Positions 32,224 through 43,234 of a stretch of 64,000 nucleotides of DNA are shown piece by piece (positions within the stretch are counted from its first letter, which is position 1; every line of letters starts with the position of its first letter). The notes below the pieces were generated by a model. That model did not search any database, was not told where the DNA came from, and saw only the letters and a list, made by a program, of their open reading frames with translations. Both the position numbers and the translations under genes were made by a program. Source of the stretch: Nitrospirota bacterium (GTDB taxonomy: Bacteria > Nitrospirota > UBA9217); contig OY760142.1 of assembly GCA_963663225.1 (NCBI GenBank), positions 2,080,001 to 2,144,000 of the forward strand, given 5' to 3'.

Positions 32224-34428
32224 ATGTCAGACCATCCACTTTCCATAGCATTTATCTGGCACATGCACCAGCCCTATTACAAGGATGACATTACAGGGTC
32301 TTACATCCTTCCCTGGGTGCGGCTGCATGGAACGAAAGATTATTATGACATGCCGGCACTCCTTGCCGATTTTCCCCAGGTCCACCAGACATTCAATCTT
32401 GTTCCTTCACTTCTCAAGCAGATTCTCGATTATGTTGAGAATGGAGCCACGGACAAGTTTCTCGACCTGACGCTCAAACCGGCGGCAGACCTGGACCCCG
32501 AAGATAAACAATTCCTGCTTAAGAATTCCTTTATGGCGAACTGGGACACCATGATTAAGCCTTACCGGTCGTATTGGCAGCTGCTCGACCGCAGAGGCTA
32601 CAGTGTTGCCGACAACGACCTCCAGAATGCCATGCGGTATTTCAGCACGCAGGATTATCTCGATTTGCAGGTCTGGTTCAACCTGACCTGGTTTGATCCG
32701 CTCTTTAAACAAAACGATCCTTTTTTGAAGGAATTGGTGCAAAAAGGTGCCGGATTTACCGAAAAAGAAAAGCAGCTTCTTGTACAGAAACAGAGAGACG
32801 TCATGGCGCTTATCATTCCTGAGTACAGGCGCCTTGCAGAAATAGGCAGCATCGAGCTTACCACCACCCCGTTTTATCATCCCATTCTGCCCTTGCTGTA
32901 TGATACTGATCTTGCGAGGGTTGCCGTTCCCGATATCCACCTCCCCGCGGAGCGCTTTGCACACCCGGAGGACGCAAAAATCCAGGTTGAACGCGCCATT
33001 GCCTATCATGAAAAACTTTTTGGATTGCGGCCGGCCGGCATGTGGCCTGCAGAAGGATCAGTTGCCGAAGACATTATTCCATTGCTTGCTGATGCCGGAA
33101 TCAAATGGATTGGCACGGATGAAGGAGTGCTCGCCCGGTCGCTCGGCATCCATCTTGATCGAGATTTTTCGGGAGTATTGAAAAACCCCGAAGCCCTCTA
33201 TAAACCGTATCTGGCGGGCAAAGGGGGAAAAAATGTTTCCATCGTATTCCGTGACCATACGCTTTCCGACCTTGTAGGTTTCGTGTATTCCAAATGGGAT
33301 TATAAAAATGCGGCAAATGATCTTATTGACCGGCTCCATCGCATACGGCAGGGGCTGTCACACGGTCCGCACTTGGTTTCCATCATCCTGGACGGAGAAA
33401 ACGCCTGGGAATATTATCAAAACGACGGAAGAGATTTCTTCCTGTATCTCTATGAGCGCCTGAGCAAAGAGCAGGGGCTTCGGTGCGTGACGGTAGGAGA
33501 ATATCTGAGGGAAAACTCCGCTCAGGCGGGCATTGAACGGCTTCATGCCGGCTCGTGGATTAATGCAAATTATCGGATCTGGATCGGGCATGAAGAGGAC
33601 AACCGGGCCTGGGATCTGCTTGCGCAGACGCGCCGGGCGCTGACGGACTATGCGTCCGGAAACGGTGATTCGTCTAAGCTGGCCCAGGCATGGGAAGAGA
33701 TATACATTGCCGAAGGGAGTGACTGGTGCTGGTGGTATGGCGACGATCATTTTTCTGAAAATGATGCAGAGTTTGATCTTTTGTTCAGAACGCACTTGAT
33801 GAATGTGTATCGCACCATAGGCCTTGATATTCCGGACGATCTTCGGATACCCATACTTCGTGAAGACCGGCAGGCGCTCCCGACGGTCGAACTGACGGCT
33901 TTGATTTCTCCTGCTATTGACGGACAAGTCACGAATTATTTCGAATGGCTGCCGGCGGGTTGTTATGACGTGAGCCAGGGAGGGGGGGCCATGCACCGGG
34001 GGGCCTCCATTATCACGCATATTTATTATGGCTTCGATCTGAAAAATATGTTTATCCGGCTTGATCCCGGCGGAAATCTTAATGATGCTAAAGTCTCAGA
34101 TTTGGCTTTTTTCATCAATTTTTTAAATCCTCGCGGTCTTGATGTGGAAGTGCGCATCGTTCCTCAGGAGCGGCAGGTGAACGCAGCCCTTTTCCGTGGT
34201 GAAAACGGTGACCGCAAACAACTTGCAGACATCCATACCGTTGCCGCGAAGGATATCATCGAACTTGCCGTACCCTTTGACCTCATAGGTCTGCGGGCCA
34301 ATGACGAGGTGCAGCTCTTTATCACGGTTGAAAGGACCGGCTCCGAAGTTGAAAAATGGCCCTACCGCGGATATATTCAGTTCAAAGTGCCTACCGAGGA
34401 TTTTGAGGCAACTATGTGGCAGGTCTAA
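32224..34428 (+). CDS. Glycoside hydrolase family 57 (amylopullulanase-like)
   Basis: WHMHQP, PWVRLH, HPILPL, WPAEG, LDGENAWE, AEGSDWCWW. Confidence 0.92.
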   Translation: MSDHPLSIAFIWHMHQPYYKDDITGSYILPWVRLHGTKDYYDMPALLADFPQVHQTFNLVPSLLKQILDYVENGATDKFLDLTLKPAADLDPEDKQFLLKNSFMANWDTMIKPYRSYWQLLDRRGYSVADNDLQNAMRYFSTQDYLDLQVWFNLTWFDPLFKQNDPFLKELVQKGAGFTEKEKQLLVQKQRDVMALIIPEYRRLAEIGSIELTTTPFYHPILPLLYDTDLARVAVPDIHLPAERFAHPEDAKIQVERAIAYHEKLFGLRPAGMWPAEGSVAEDIIPLLADAGIKWIGTDEGVLARSLGIHLDRDFSGVLKNPEALYKPYLAGKGGKNVSIVFRDHTLSDLVGFVYSKWDYKNAANDLIDRLHRIRQGLSHGPHLVSIILDGENAWEYYQNDGRDFFLYLYERLSKEQGLRCVTVGEYLRENSAQAGIERLHAGSWINANYRIWIGHEEDNRAWDLLAQTRRALTDYASGNGDSSKLAQAWEEIYIAEGSDWCWWYGDDHFSENDAEFDLLFRTHLMNVYRTIGLDIPDDLRIPILREDRQALPTVELTALISPAIDGQVTNYFEWLPAGCYDVSQGGGAMHRGASIITHIYYGFDLKNMFIRLDPGGNLNDAKVSDLAFFINFLNPRGLDVEVRIVPQERQVNAALFRGENGDRKQLADIHTVAAKDIIELAVPFDLIGLRANDEVQLFITVERTGSEVEKWPYRGYIQFKVPTEDFEATMWQV

Positions 34429-34508
34429 CCGCTTCCTGCCACAGCGTTATGTTGCCTGGTCCTTGTCTCCTCTACAGCAAGACTGAACAGTGGAGTCTTG
34501 CAAACTGC

Positions 34509-35585
34509 CTACTTCAGAAATAGTTTTTCATATTTTCCATATCCGGTTTTTGCTAAATCCTCGCGAGGAATAAACCTGAGCGCGGCCGAATTCATGCAGT
34601 AGCGCAACCCCGTGGGAGGCGGTCCGTCCTTAAATACATGGCCCAGGTGTGAATCGCCGTGTCTGCTTCTGACTTCTGTCCGCGCCATAAACCAGCTCCG
34701 GTCTTCCTTCTCTACGATATTTCCCGGCTCCAGGGGTTTTGTAAAGCTCGGCCAGCCAGTTCCGGAATCGTATTTATCGAGGGAACTGAACAGAGGTTCC
34801 CCGGAGACGATATCGACATAGATGCCGGGTTTATGATTGTCCCAGTATTCATTCCTGAATGCGGGCTCAGTTCCTTCTTCCTGGGTTACCTTAAATTGGA
34901 GAGGAGTCAGGCGCTGTTTCAGCGCTTCTTTTGTTGGTTTGCTGTATGTTCCGTCTTGTTTCGGTTGTTGGGTGTTTAGTGCCGCATCTTTCCCCCAGAC
35001 CAGTTGCAGATACTGATCGCGGCCGGAATTATATCGGTAGAATTTGTACCGTACCGGATTTTTTTTCCAGTAGTCCTGATGGTAATCTTCCGCCTTGTAG
35101 AAAGGAACAGCTGGCTTTATCTCGGTCACGATTGGTTTCACAAAACGTCCTGATTTGGCAAGTTTCTTCTTTGACTCTTCTGCGAGCCTTTTTTGCGCGT
35201 CAGTGTGGTAGAAAATGGCAGACTTGTACGATGGTCCCCGGTCAACAAACTGTCCGCCCGCATCGGTAGGGTCAATCTGATGCCAGAACACATCAAGCAG
35301 TTTTTCATAGGTCACTTTGGCAGGATCATAAATAACCTCAATAGCCTCCATATGTCCCGTTGTTTCAGAAATTACTTCCTCATATGTTGGGTTGATTGTT
35401 TGACCGCCGGTATAGCCTGAAATTACCTCCCGGACGCCATCCAGTTTTTCGAACGGCGGTACCATGCACCAGAAGCAACCGCCAGCAAAAGTGGCTTTTT
35501 CGAGACGCAAACCGCCGCTTGCATTCGCCTGAGTAAGCAAGAGCGGCAGAAGAAATAGGGTTTCCAGTAAAATTTTTTTTACCAT
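34509..35585 (-). CDS. msrAB: Bifunctional peptide-methionine sulfoxide reductase MsrA/MsrB with signal peptide
   Basis: [33 protein letters not shown]; N-terminal signal ending ANA. Confidence 0.93.
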   Translation of the reverse strand: MVKKILLETLFLLPLLLTQANASGGLRLEKATFAGGCFWCMVPPFEKLDGVREVISGYTGGQTINPTYEEVISETTGHMEAIEVIYDPAKVTYEKLLDVFWHQIDPTDAGGQFVDRGPSYKSAIFYHTDAQKRLAEESKKKLAKSGRFVKPIVTEIKPAVPFYKAEDYHQDYWKKNPVRYKFYRYNSGRDQYLQLVWGKDAALNTQQPKQDGTYSKPTKEALKQRLTPLQFKVTQEEGTEPAFRNEYWDNHKPGIYVDIVSGEPLFSSLDKYDSGTGWPSFTKPLEPGNIVEKEDRSWFMARTEVRSRHGDSHLGHVFKDGPPPTGLRYCMNSAALRFIPREDLAKTGYGKYEKLFLK

Positions 35586-35886
35586 TGTTAAATCACCTCC
35601 TTCATGCAACACTACTATATAGTATACAACTGATGGGCAACGTAGATGCACCCGGAAATATGTCAGTACCCATTAATTTTGGTTTTTGGTCAGACTCGCT
35701 CGTCATTTATATTAAAAGTTATGATTTATAATTATTGTTATATTTTTATTAACATGTTGTAAATTTATAATAATCAACTTGTGCATTAAGCACTTATAAT
35801 TTTGATTATATGTTCCCACGCTACGGGACTTTTTATTGGCATGTCTAACTATTGATAAGAACAGGTGATAAAAAAAATAAAAGGCT

Positions 35887-35902
35887 TGGCACACTCCTTG
35901 CT
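35887..35902 (+). promoter_or_regulatory. Sigma-54 (-24/-12) promoter
   Basis: TGGCAC-ACTCC-TTGCT with correct GG/GC spacing, downstream of a very AT-rich tract. Confidence 0.68.
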
Positions 35903-36008
35903 TTATATTTGGACTGAAAGATATAGACAGTTGATAAACCGGCATAATCCTAAATACGGGGTTATGCTTCGATATGCACTTTGACAAGCAGTATTCCGGA
36001 TTTTCTTC

Positions 36009-36037
36009 TTGACAGCTGTGTTTCAAAGTTGTAGCTT
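36009..36037 (+). promoter_or_regulatory. Sigma-70-type promoter upstream of glcD
   Basis: TTGACA-N17-TAGCTT. Confidence 0.45.
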
Positions 36038-36255
36038 AAAGTGTTACAAAGATGTATCATTTTTGGGCAAGAAGTATTCGTGATAATCCCATTATGAGAT
36101 TCAAGCCATCAGTATTTCCGCGCCTGTTTTCACCACGTAGTTGCTGTCCGCCATTATTCTTTAATGTGTTTTACTTGGAGTAGAACGGTCATTATCGAAT
36201 GGAGTGGTTAAGTCAATTCTTAATTAGTACATAGCACACCGAAAGGAGTCCAATA

Positions 36256-37650
36256 ATGGAAAGAGAACAGATCGTCAATGAGTTAAATCGGTTGATCGGT
36301 AAAGAGAAGGTGCTCGCATCGGACATGTGGCGTAAGCTCTATGAGTATGATGCCTATCTGCTCCGGTCAGACCCGGACGCGATTGTCCTGCCAACAACCA
36401 CGGAAGAAGTGGTGAAGATTGTAAAGTTCGCAAACGGCAATAATATTCGCGTCTACACCCGGGGAGCAGGTACAAACCTGACGGGAGGCACCGTCTGCCT
36501 GCAGGGCGGAATTGCCCTTGTCACAACGCGGATGAACAAGGTCCTTGATCTTGATCTTGAAAATCAGCGTATCGTGGTGCAGTCGGGCGCTATCACCCTG
36601 GATATCAAGAATGTCCTGGGAAAGCATGGCTACCTGTACCATCCGGATCCATCCAGCGAAAAAGCTTCGACGCTGGGAGGAAACGTTGGAGAAAACGCCG
36701 GAGGGCCGCACTGCCTTAAATATGGCGTTACGAGCAACCATGTCCTGGGAGGCGAACTGGTTCTGTTTGACGGCCAGGTGATTCAGTTCGGCGGCAAGTC
36801 TCTGGACAATCCGGGTTTTGATCTGCCAGGTATTCTGAACGGATCAGAAGGAACACTCGGTATCATCACGAAGCTCGTTCTTCGCATCGTGCCGAAGGCG
36901 GAAGCAGTAAAGACGATGATGTGCATCTATAACAAGGTTAAAGAAGGAAGCGACACGGTGGCCGATATCATCTCCGAGGGCATCATTCCTGCCACGCTCG
37001 AGATGATGGACAATCTTACGATCAATGCGGTAGAAGACGCTTATAACGCAGGGTTGCCGAAAGACGCCGCTGCCGTTCTGCTGATTGAAATTGATGGTTT
37101 GAAGGACGGTATGGATCGGCTCTGGGAACGCATCCAGAATATCTGCAAAAAACACAATGTGCGTGAAATTCGCGCCGCAAAGGATGAGGCGGAGCGGATG
37201 AAGCTGTGGGCGGCCCGAAAGGGTGCATTTGGCGCCGTCGGTAAACTGCGTCCCAATTACCTGGTGAATGACGGTACGGTGCCCAGGCCGAAACTGCCGG
37301 AGACACTGGATCGGGTCATCGCCATTGGTGAAAAATACAAATTGCCGATTGCGAACGTGTTCCATGCAGGAGACGGCAATCTGCATCCGCTGGTTCTTTT
37401 TGATGAGAGAGATAAGGATGAACTGCGCCGGGTGCAGCTTGCTGCAACTGAGATCATGAAGGTCTGCGCGGATCTCGGCGGAACCATCAGCGGTGAGCAC
37501 GGAATCGGCGTTGAGAAACTCGAAGGCATGTCCTTTGTGTTCAGCGACAAGGACATTGATACGATGAAAAAGGTCAAAGTGGCCTTTGACCCCGTCGACA
37601 GATATAATCCGGGAAAATGTCTTCCCGAGTCACAAAAAGCCGCAGCGTAA
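36256..37650 (+). CDS. glcD: Glycolate/lactate oxidase FAD subunit GlcD
   Basis: RGAGTNL, PDPSS, GGNVGENAGGPHCLKYG, HAGDGNLHP, SGEHGIG. Confidence 0.9.
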   Translation: MEREQIVNELNRLIGKEKVLASDMWRKLYEYDAYLLRSDPDAIVLPTTTEEVVKIVKFANGNNIRVYTRGAGTNLTGGTVCLQGGIALVTTRMNKVLDLDLENQRIVVQSGAITLDIKNVLGKHGYLYHPDPSSEKASTLGGNVGENAGGPHCLKYGVTSNHVLGGELVLFDGQVIQFGGKSLDNPGFDLPGILNGSEGTLGIITKLVLRIVPKAEAVKTMMCIYNKVKEGSDTVADIISEGIIPATLEMMDNLTINAVEDAYNAGLPKDAAAVLLIEIDGLKDGMDRLWERIQNICKKHNVREIRAAKDEAERMKLWAARKGAFGAVGKLRPNYLVNDGTVPRPKLPETLDRVIAIGEKYKLPIANVFHAGDGNLHPLVLFDERDKDELRRVQLAATEIMKVCADLGGTISGEHGIGVEKLEGMSFVFSDKDIDTMKKVKVAFDPVDRYNPGKCLPESQKAAA

Positions 37651-37673
37651 GTGCGGAGAAAGGAAAGCCGGGT

Positions 37674-39014
37674 ATGTCTAATTCAGATCAGTTAGTATCC
37701 GCACTTAAGGGAATCGTCGGAGAAGCCAATGTGATATCAAATCCGGATCAGCTTAAAGCTTATGCTGTTGACGGTTTGATCCCGAAGGCCGTGGTAAGTC
37801 CGGGGAGTGCGGAAGAAATTTCCAAAGTAGTGGTTTATGCAAATACAGAAAAGTTGTCGGTTGTACCTCGCGGTAACGGCACCAAGATGGCTGCAGGCGG
37901 AGTTCCGAAAAAAGTGGATATCGTGCTCTCCCTGTTGCGGCTCAATAAAGTTCTGGAGTATGATGTTGCAAACATGAGCTTGTCCGTGGAAGCAGGAATG
38001 ACGTTGGCTGAAGTGCAGAAGAAACTGGGGAATGGAGGGAAGGGTAATTTTATGGCCCTCGACCCGGCACACACGGACAAGGCGACCATTGGCGGCATTA
38101 TTGCAACCAACGCGAGCGGTCCGAGGCGCTACATCTATGGAACCTGCAGAGACATGCTGCTTGGCGTCAAGGTTGTTTCCCCGGAAGGAGCCATCAACTC
38201 GTTCGGCGGAAAAGTGCTGAAAAATGTGTCCGGATACGACATGACCAAGCTGATGATCGGATCGTGGGGCAGCCTAGGCATCATTACGCAGATTACTACG
38301 AAGCTCCTGCCGCTGCCGGAAGCATCCGCCACGCTCCTCGTTTCTCTTGAAAGCTTGACTGCTGCAAATGCTGTTATTAAGAAAGTAATTCACTCAGTTC
38401 TGCTGCCTTCCGCGATTGAATTGATCAGCGCGAAAGCTGCAGAGCGTCTGGGAGAAAAAGCGAAATATCTTTTAGCCTTCAGCCTTGAAGGCGTTGCAGA
38501 AGCGGTGGAACGGCAGGCAACCGACATTGCCGACTTCTCGAAGAAAGAAGGAGCCACCGCCACGAAAGTCCTGAAGGGTGCGGATGATCAGAAGTTCTGG
38601 GTCCGGCTCCGTGATTTCTCGGACGACATGGCAAAAGAGTTCGCTACGCCTATCGTTCTCAAGTCCAATTTCCTTATTTCCAAGCACACTGAACTTCTGG
38701 GGGTTTACGAAAAGCTGGCACAGGCCGCAGGAGTCAGCGCTGCATTTGTTCTGCATGCGGGTAACGGCATTCTGTATACCTACATCTTTGAAAAGGCCGA
38801 CAAGAGCGGTATTGCGGATCTCATCGGCAAGATGACGGCAGAAGCGGCAAAATGTGAGGGGAACCTCATGGTTGACTCCAGTCCGCGGGAAATCAAGGAA
38901 AAAATCAGCGCGTGGGGTCAGCAGCGCGATGATCAGATCATTATGCGCCGCTTGAAGGAAAATTTGGATCCGAATGGTGTTTTAAGCCCGGGCCGGTTTG
39001 TGGGGGGCATTTAA
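37674..39014 (+). CDS. glcE: Glycolate oxidase FAD subunit GlcE
   Basis: ATIGGIIATNASGP, GGKVLKNVSGYDMTKL; lies between glcD and glcF. Confidence 0.85.
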   Translation: MSNSDQLVSALKGIVGEANVISNPDQLKAYAVDGLIPKAVVSPGSAEEISKVVVYANTEKLSVVPRGNGTKMAAGGVPKKVDIVLSLLRLNKVLEYDVANMSLSVEAGMTLAEVQKKLGNGGKGNFMALDPAHTDKATIGGIIATNASGPRRYIYGTCRDMLLGVKVVSPEGAINSFGGKVLKNVSGYDMTKLMIGSWGSLGIITQITTKLLPLPEASATLLVSLESLTAANAVIKKVIHSVLLPSAIELISAKAAERLGEKAKYLLAFSLEGVAEAVERQATDIADFSKKEGATATKVLKGADDQKFWVRLRDFSDDMAKEFATPIVLKSNFLISKHTELLGVYEKLAQAAGVSAAFVLHAGNGILYTYIFEKADKSGIADLIGKMTAEAAKCEGNLMVDSSPREIKEKISAWGQQRDDQIIMRRLKENLDPNGVLSPGRFVGGI

Positions 39015-39086
39015 GCATAAGCTGCAGGGAGCAGCACTGCTAGAGTGGCTCTCCCTGTGCAGCAGCTGATAAAGGGGTCGACTATT

Positions 39087-40379
39087 ATGAAAGAAAAAAC
39101 GGTTTTTGCAGACAATACAAAAGAAAATATTTATCACTGCATTAAGTGCGGTTTGTGCATGGCCCACTGCCCTGTCTACAAGGAGTTGCTGGTAGAAGCG
39201 GCAACGCCACGCGGAAAAGTCCAGCTTTCCCGTCAGCTTTCCGAAGGGAAACTGGAACTCTCGGAAGAGGTGAAAAACGCCTTCTTCTCCACCTGCCTGC
39301 TGTGCGGCGGATGCGTTGCAAACTGCCCGAGCGGCGTTCACGGCGACCATCTGTATGCCGGTGTCCGCTGGCGCGCGGTGCAGCGCTACGGCCTTGACTG
39401 GAAAAAGAAGGCCATGTTCCAGATGCTCGCCCATCCGTGGATGATGTCAAAAGCGGCCTGGTTTGGAAAATGGGCGCGGAAGATGTTCGGAGGCCCATGG
39501 ATCGAGTCTCATTTGAATGCGGGTGCTTTGAATGTTGCGCGAATTCCCGCTATGAATGACAAGCCGTTTTCCGATATGGTTCCGGAAGTAGTAAAGCCGG
39601 AAGGAAAGGCAAAAGCCAAGGTGCTTTATTTCCACGGCTGCGCCACCAATTATCTGTTCGGGGACATCGGCTTGGCTGTTGTAGACGTGCTCAAGAAAAT
39701 GGGTGTTGAAGTCATTACGCCAAAAAATCAGACCTGTTGCGGAATGCCGATCTTTATGTCCGGCGACCGAGAAGCTTCTCTCCAAAGCATCCGCGAGACC
39801 CTGAAGGTATTTGCACGCGAAGACGTAGATGCCGTGGTATGCGATTGCGCGACCTGCAGTGACGGCCTGAAAAAAGAATATTCCCACCTGCTTCGCGACC
39901 TGCGGGAGCTTGGTGAGAATGTCACCGAGGAAGAATTTAAGGCTGCAGAACTGCTCGGCAAGAAGGTGAAGGACATAAGTGTTTTCATCGACGAGCACAA
40001 GGATTGGATTCCTGCGATAAAATCGAATGGCAAGAAAGTCAGAGTTACCTACCATGATCCTTGCCACCTCGTGAACGGTCAGAAAATCACCGCTCAACCG
40101 AGGAATGTCCTGAAGGCCATCCCCGGTGTCGAATACGTGGAAATGCCCGGTGCCGGCGATTGTTGCGGCGGCGGTGGTTCATTCCAGGTGGAAAATGCAG
40201 AAACTTCCAACAAGATTACGACCAGAAAGGTTGCAAATATTCACAGCACAAAAGCCCAGGTATTGGCAACCAGCTGTCCTGGATGCAATCTGACTATTTC
40301 CAACCATCTTGATCCGGAACAGAAAGTAAAAGTGATGCATCCGGTTCAGCTGCTTCAGATGGCGCTCAACGGTAAATAG
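39087..40379 (+). CDS. glcF: Glycolate oxidase Fe-S subunit GlcF
   Basis: Two CxxCxxCxxxCP ferredoxin motifs and two CCG domains. Confidence 0.85.
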   Translation: MKEKTVFADNTKENIYHCIKCGLCMAHCPVYKELLVEAATPRGKVQLSRQLSEGKLELSEEVKNAFFSTCLLCGGCVANCPSGVHGDHLYAGVRWRAVQRYGLDWKKKAMFQMLAHPWMMSKAAWFGKWARKMFGGPWIESHLNAGALNVARIPAMNDKPFSDMVPEVVKPEGKAKAKVLYFHGCATNYLFGDIGLAVVDVLKKMGVEVITPKNQTCCGMPIFMSGDREASLQSIRETLKVFAREDVDAVVCDCATCSDGLKKEYSHLLRDLRELGENVTEEEFKAAELLGKKVKDISVFIDEHKDWIPAIKSNGKKVRVTYHDPCHLVNGQKITAQPRNVLKAIPGVEYVEMPGAGDCCGGGGSFQVENAETSNKITTRKVANIHSTKAQVLATSCPGCNLTISNHLDPEQKVKVMHPVQLLQMALNGK

Positions 40380-40408
40380 GACAGAGCGGCATAGAAACAC
40401 GGTTTTTA

Positions 40409-40448
40409 AGAGTCCTGTGTGGTTGATTCACACAGGACTCTTTTTTTG
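40409..40448. terminator. Rho-independent terminator
   Basis: AGAGTCCTGTGTG...CACACAGGACTCT followed by a T run. Confidence 0.82.
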
Positions 40449-40503
40449 CATGGAGAATGGCATCTGTTTTTTGCTCTGCTGTAGGCTTTGCGGTGCTTGC
40501 CGG

Positions 40504-41046
40504 TCAGGAAGGAATACTGTGCGCGGGCAGGGTCAATTCGGCGATGTAGGGCAGGTTCCGATATCGTCCGGAGAAGTCCATTCCGTATCCAACAACAAAA
40601 ACATCGGGTATTTCAAATCCCCGGTAGGTGATTGCAACGTCCGAGGTGCGGCGGACTTTCTTGTCCAGGAGGGCCGCCGTGGCTATACTTGCCGGTCTTT
40701 GATCCTTGAATTTTTCAATCAAGCAGTGAAGTGTTGCCCCGGTGTCGACAATGGTATCGACAAGAAGTATGTGTTTATCCTCGACGGCAATCTTGCGATC
40801 CCGGTTGACGGTTACCACTCCGGTTGATACGGCGCAATCGCCGTAGCTTGACGCTTGTACGAATTCAACTGCCGAAGGGACTGTGACTCTGCGCATAAGA
40901 TCCGCTGTGAAAATGAACGCGGCCTTGAGGATAGAAATTAAGACCAATTCCCTGTCTGCATAGTCACGCGAAATTTGGGAGGCGATTTCACCAACGCGCT
41001 TTTTGACTGCCTGTTCATCAAACAGTACTGTATACATGTTTGGCAT
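40504..41046 (-). CDS. hpt: Hypoxanthine phosphoribosyltransferase
   Basis: ASSYG, LLVDTIVDTGATL, FVVGYGMD, YRNLPYI. Confidence 0.88.
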   Translation of the reverse strand: MPNMYTVLFDEQAVKKRVGEIASQISRDYADRELVLISILKAAFIFTADLMRRVTVPSAVEFVQASSYGDCAVSTGVVTVNRDRKIAVEDKHILLVDTIVDTGATLHCLIEKFKDQRPASIATAALLDKKVRRTSDVAITYRGFEIPDVFVVGYGMDFSGRYRNLPYIAELTLPAHSIPS

Positions 41047-41097
41047 CGTTGATTGGATGGGAAGCGAGGAAAGCGCATACACCTGCTGCAGTATGCG

Positions 41098-41673
41098 TTA
41101 CTTCAATCCGCGGCTTCCCGGTTTGACTGGAACGCTTCCTGACTTGCACAAGGGACAGGTCTCGGCGGTATAGGTCGGTACATCAAGCGTTACCAGCGAT
41201 TTGTACGGCACGCCGATATCCGCTTTCCCATTAGAGCGATCTACAAGCGAACCTGCCGCAACAACTACCCCGCCTGCTTTTGCAGCGACATTGATCGTTT
41301 CCTTAGTGGATTTACCGGTTGTAATGACGTCTTCCACGACAAGCACCCGTTCTCCCGGTTTGATTGAAAAACCGCGGCGGAGGACCAGTTCGCCGTTTAC
41401 CCGCTCGGCGAACAACGCTCGTACACCAAGCGCACGTGCGGTTTCGTGTGATACAAAAACTCCGCCAAGGGCCGGTGCGATGACCAGGTCAATTTTCATG
41501 TCGGCAAAATTTTTTGCGAGGGCTGCGCAGAGCTTTGTAGCAAGATCCGGTTGCTGCAGAACAAGTGCACTCTGGAGATAGCGGTCGCTGTGAAGCCCCG
41601 ATGAAAGAAGAAAATGGCCAGTCAGAAGCGCTCCGGTTTTTTTGTAAATTTCCAATACTTCGTCTGATGTCAT
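41098..41673 (-). CDS. pyrE: Orotate phosphoribosyltransferase
   Basis: GHFLLSSGLHS, VVEDVITTG; follows pyrF. Confidence 0.94.
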   Translation of the reverse strand: MTSDEVLEIYKKTGALLTGHFLLSSGLHSDRYLQSALVLQQPDLATKLCAALAKNFADMKIDLVIAPALGGVFVSHETARALGVRALFAERVNGELVLRRGFSIKPGERVLVVEDVITTGKSTKETINVAAKAGGVVVAAGSLVDRSNGKADIGVPYKSLVTLDVPTYTAETCPLCKSGSVPVKPGSRGLK

Positions 41674-41764
41674 GGACAAGCAGGCTCCTTTTATGATTGA
41701 TGGAGAAGTTTGGGACGATGCAGGAGAACAATCAAAGCGGTTCAGCCGTCGCGCCCCTCTCGTT

Positions 41765-42511
41765 TTATTTCCGTGGTTTTGCTTTTAATTCAATTTCATC
41801 GAGTATTTTTGTGACTGCTTCGCGTCGGTTGGGAGCTTTCAATACCGGCCTTCCTACTACAATATAATCAGCACCGGCAGCACAGGCTTCACCCGGAGAC
41901 ATGACTCTCTTTTGGTCATCCAGGGCGGCCCATGCAGGCCGTACACCCGGAGTGAGAACAACAAAATCACCCGGGATGGATCTGCGTAGCAGTTTAATTT
42001 CCTGCGGTGAGGCCACGACGCCGTCCATTCCGGCACGCTGGGCCATGCGCGCCAGGTGCGCTACCTCCCTCTGGAGAGATCGCGTTATTTTAAGCTCTCT
42101 TTTCAGGCTTTTTTCATCCATACTGGTAAGGATTGTGACGGCAAGAACAAGAGGCAGCGGTTTGCTCCATTTCTGAGCAGCTTCTTTTGCCGATTGCGCA
42201 GCGGCCTTCATCATATCGAATCCGCCTAACGCATGAACATTGAAAATGCTGACCCCCAGTTTCACCGCTTCCTCAGAAGCCTTCGCAACGGTATTAGGAA
42301 TATCATGGTATTTGAGATCGAGAAAGACCCTGCCGCCTGTGCTGATGGTCTTTCTGACGATGTCAGATCCGTAGGCCGTGAAAAGCTGATGACCGATCTT
42401 GAACGTGCCCACGACGTCCTTCAGTTCGTGCACGATCGTCAGCGCTTCAGAAGCGTCATCGACATCCAGTGCGAGAACAAGCGGATTTTTAACAGTCGGA
42501 AAATTCGTCAT
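41765..42511 (-). CDS. pyrF: Orotidine-5'-phosphate decarboxylase
   Basis: FLDLKYHDIPNTV, TPGVRP, DDQKRV, VVGRP. Confidence 0.95.
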   Translation of the reverse strand: MTNFPTVKNPLVLALDVDDASEALTIVHELKDVVGTFKIGHQLFTAYGSDIVRKTISTGGRVFLDLKYHDIPNTVAKASEEAVKLGVSIFNVHALGGFDMMKAAAQSAKEAAQKWSKPLPLVLAVTILTSMDEKSLKRELKITRSLQREVAHLARMAQRAGMDGVVASPQEIKLLRRSIPGDFVVLTPGVRPAWAALDDQKRVMSPGEACAAGADYIVVGRPVLKAPNRREAVTKILDEIELKAKPRK

Positions 42512-42539
42512 ATATCGGAGTATTCAATTTCGTGGGTCA

Positions 42540-43109
42540 TTAATAAATTCTGATCAGGCTCAGAAGCCGTTCTTTAAATAATTCCGCAAGAATCTGCAGG
42601 TTTTGCTGACTCAGAAATTCATGCGCGTTGTGTGAAAACAGAATCCATGCTTCGGCCGGAAAATCTGATGTTTCCTGGCAGAACTCCGCATGCAGATATA
42701 TCTTCGGCAGGAGCCGCACGTTTATTGCCATGTCGCACCGGCTGATGCCTCCTGAGATTTCTGCATCCAGCATAGGCAGAAGCGTGCCTGCACGGGATAT
42801 GATTTCCGGCGTGTACGGCGCAATCGGCAACTCCACTTTTTTTCTGAATTCAGACGGAGTCTGAAATCCTAAAGTTCCGACTGCACGCCAGGGAGTGATC
42901 TCCAGTTCCGTCCCGGATGAAAATAAGTAGTCAAGAATCACCCCAGCATGATTTTCCGGTGCCTGTTGTCCATGGAGAACGATATTGGTATGGGTAATCA
43001 GGTAATCCTGACCGAGCATGGCAAGAAGGATAACATCTTCCTTTCTATCATATCGTGCAGCCGTTCGTTCCGCAATTTCAGGGAACGAGGCAAACTCCAA
43101 GGTTTTCAC
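42540..43109 (-). CDS. DUF3786-like hypothetical protein
   Basis: LLPKI...DFPAEAWILF resembles the DUF3786 C-terminus. Confidence 0.55.
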   Translation of the reverse strand: MKTLEFASFPEIAERTAARYDRKEDVILLAMLGQDYLITHTNIVLHGQQAPENHAGVILDYLFSSGTELEITPWRAVGTLGFQTPSEFRKKVELPIAPYTPEIISRAGTLLPMLDAEISGGISRCDMAINVRLLPKIYLHAEFCQETSDFPAEAWILFSHNAHEFLSQQNLQILAELFKERLLSLIRIY

Positions 43110-43234
43110 GAAACACTCCGGTCATGTCAACGTATACTGTAAAAGAATTATATAAGTACGTGCGGGAAAGGACAAGAGAAAAAGCAAATCAAGCTTGCAG
43201 TCCGCGCGAAAAGCCATGTATAGCATGGGTGTTG

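Noticed and set aside
35712-36026. 104-aa minus-strand ORF
   Set aside because: Lies over AT-rich promoter DNA, with no RBS or motifs
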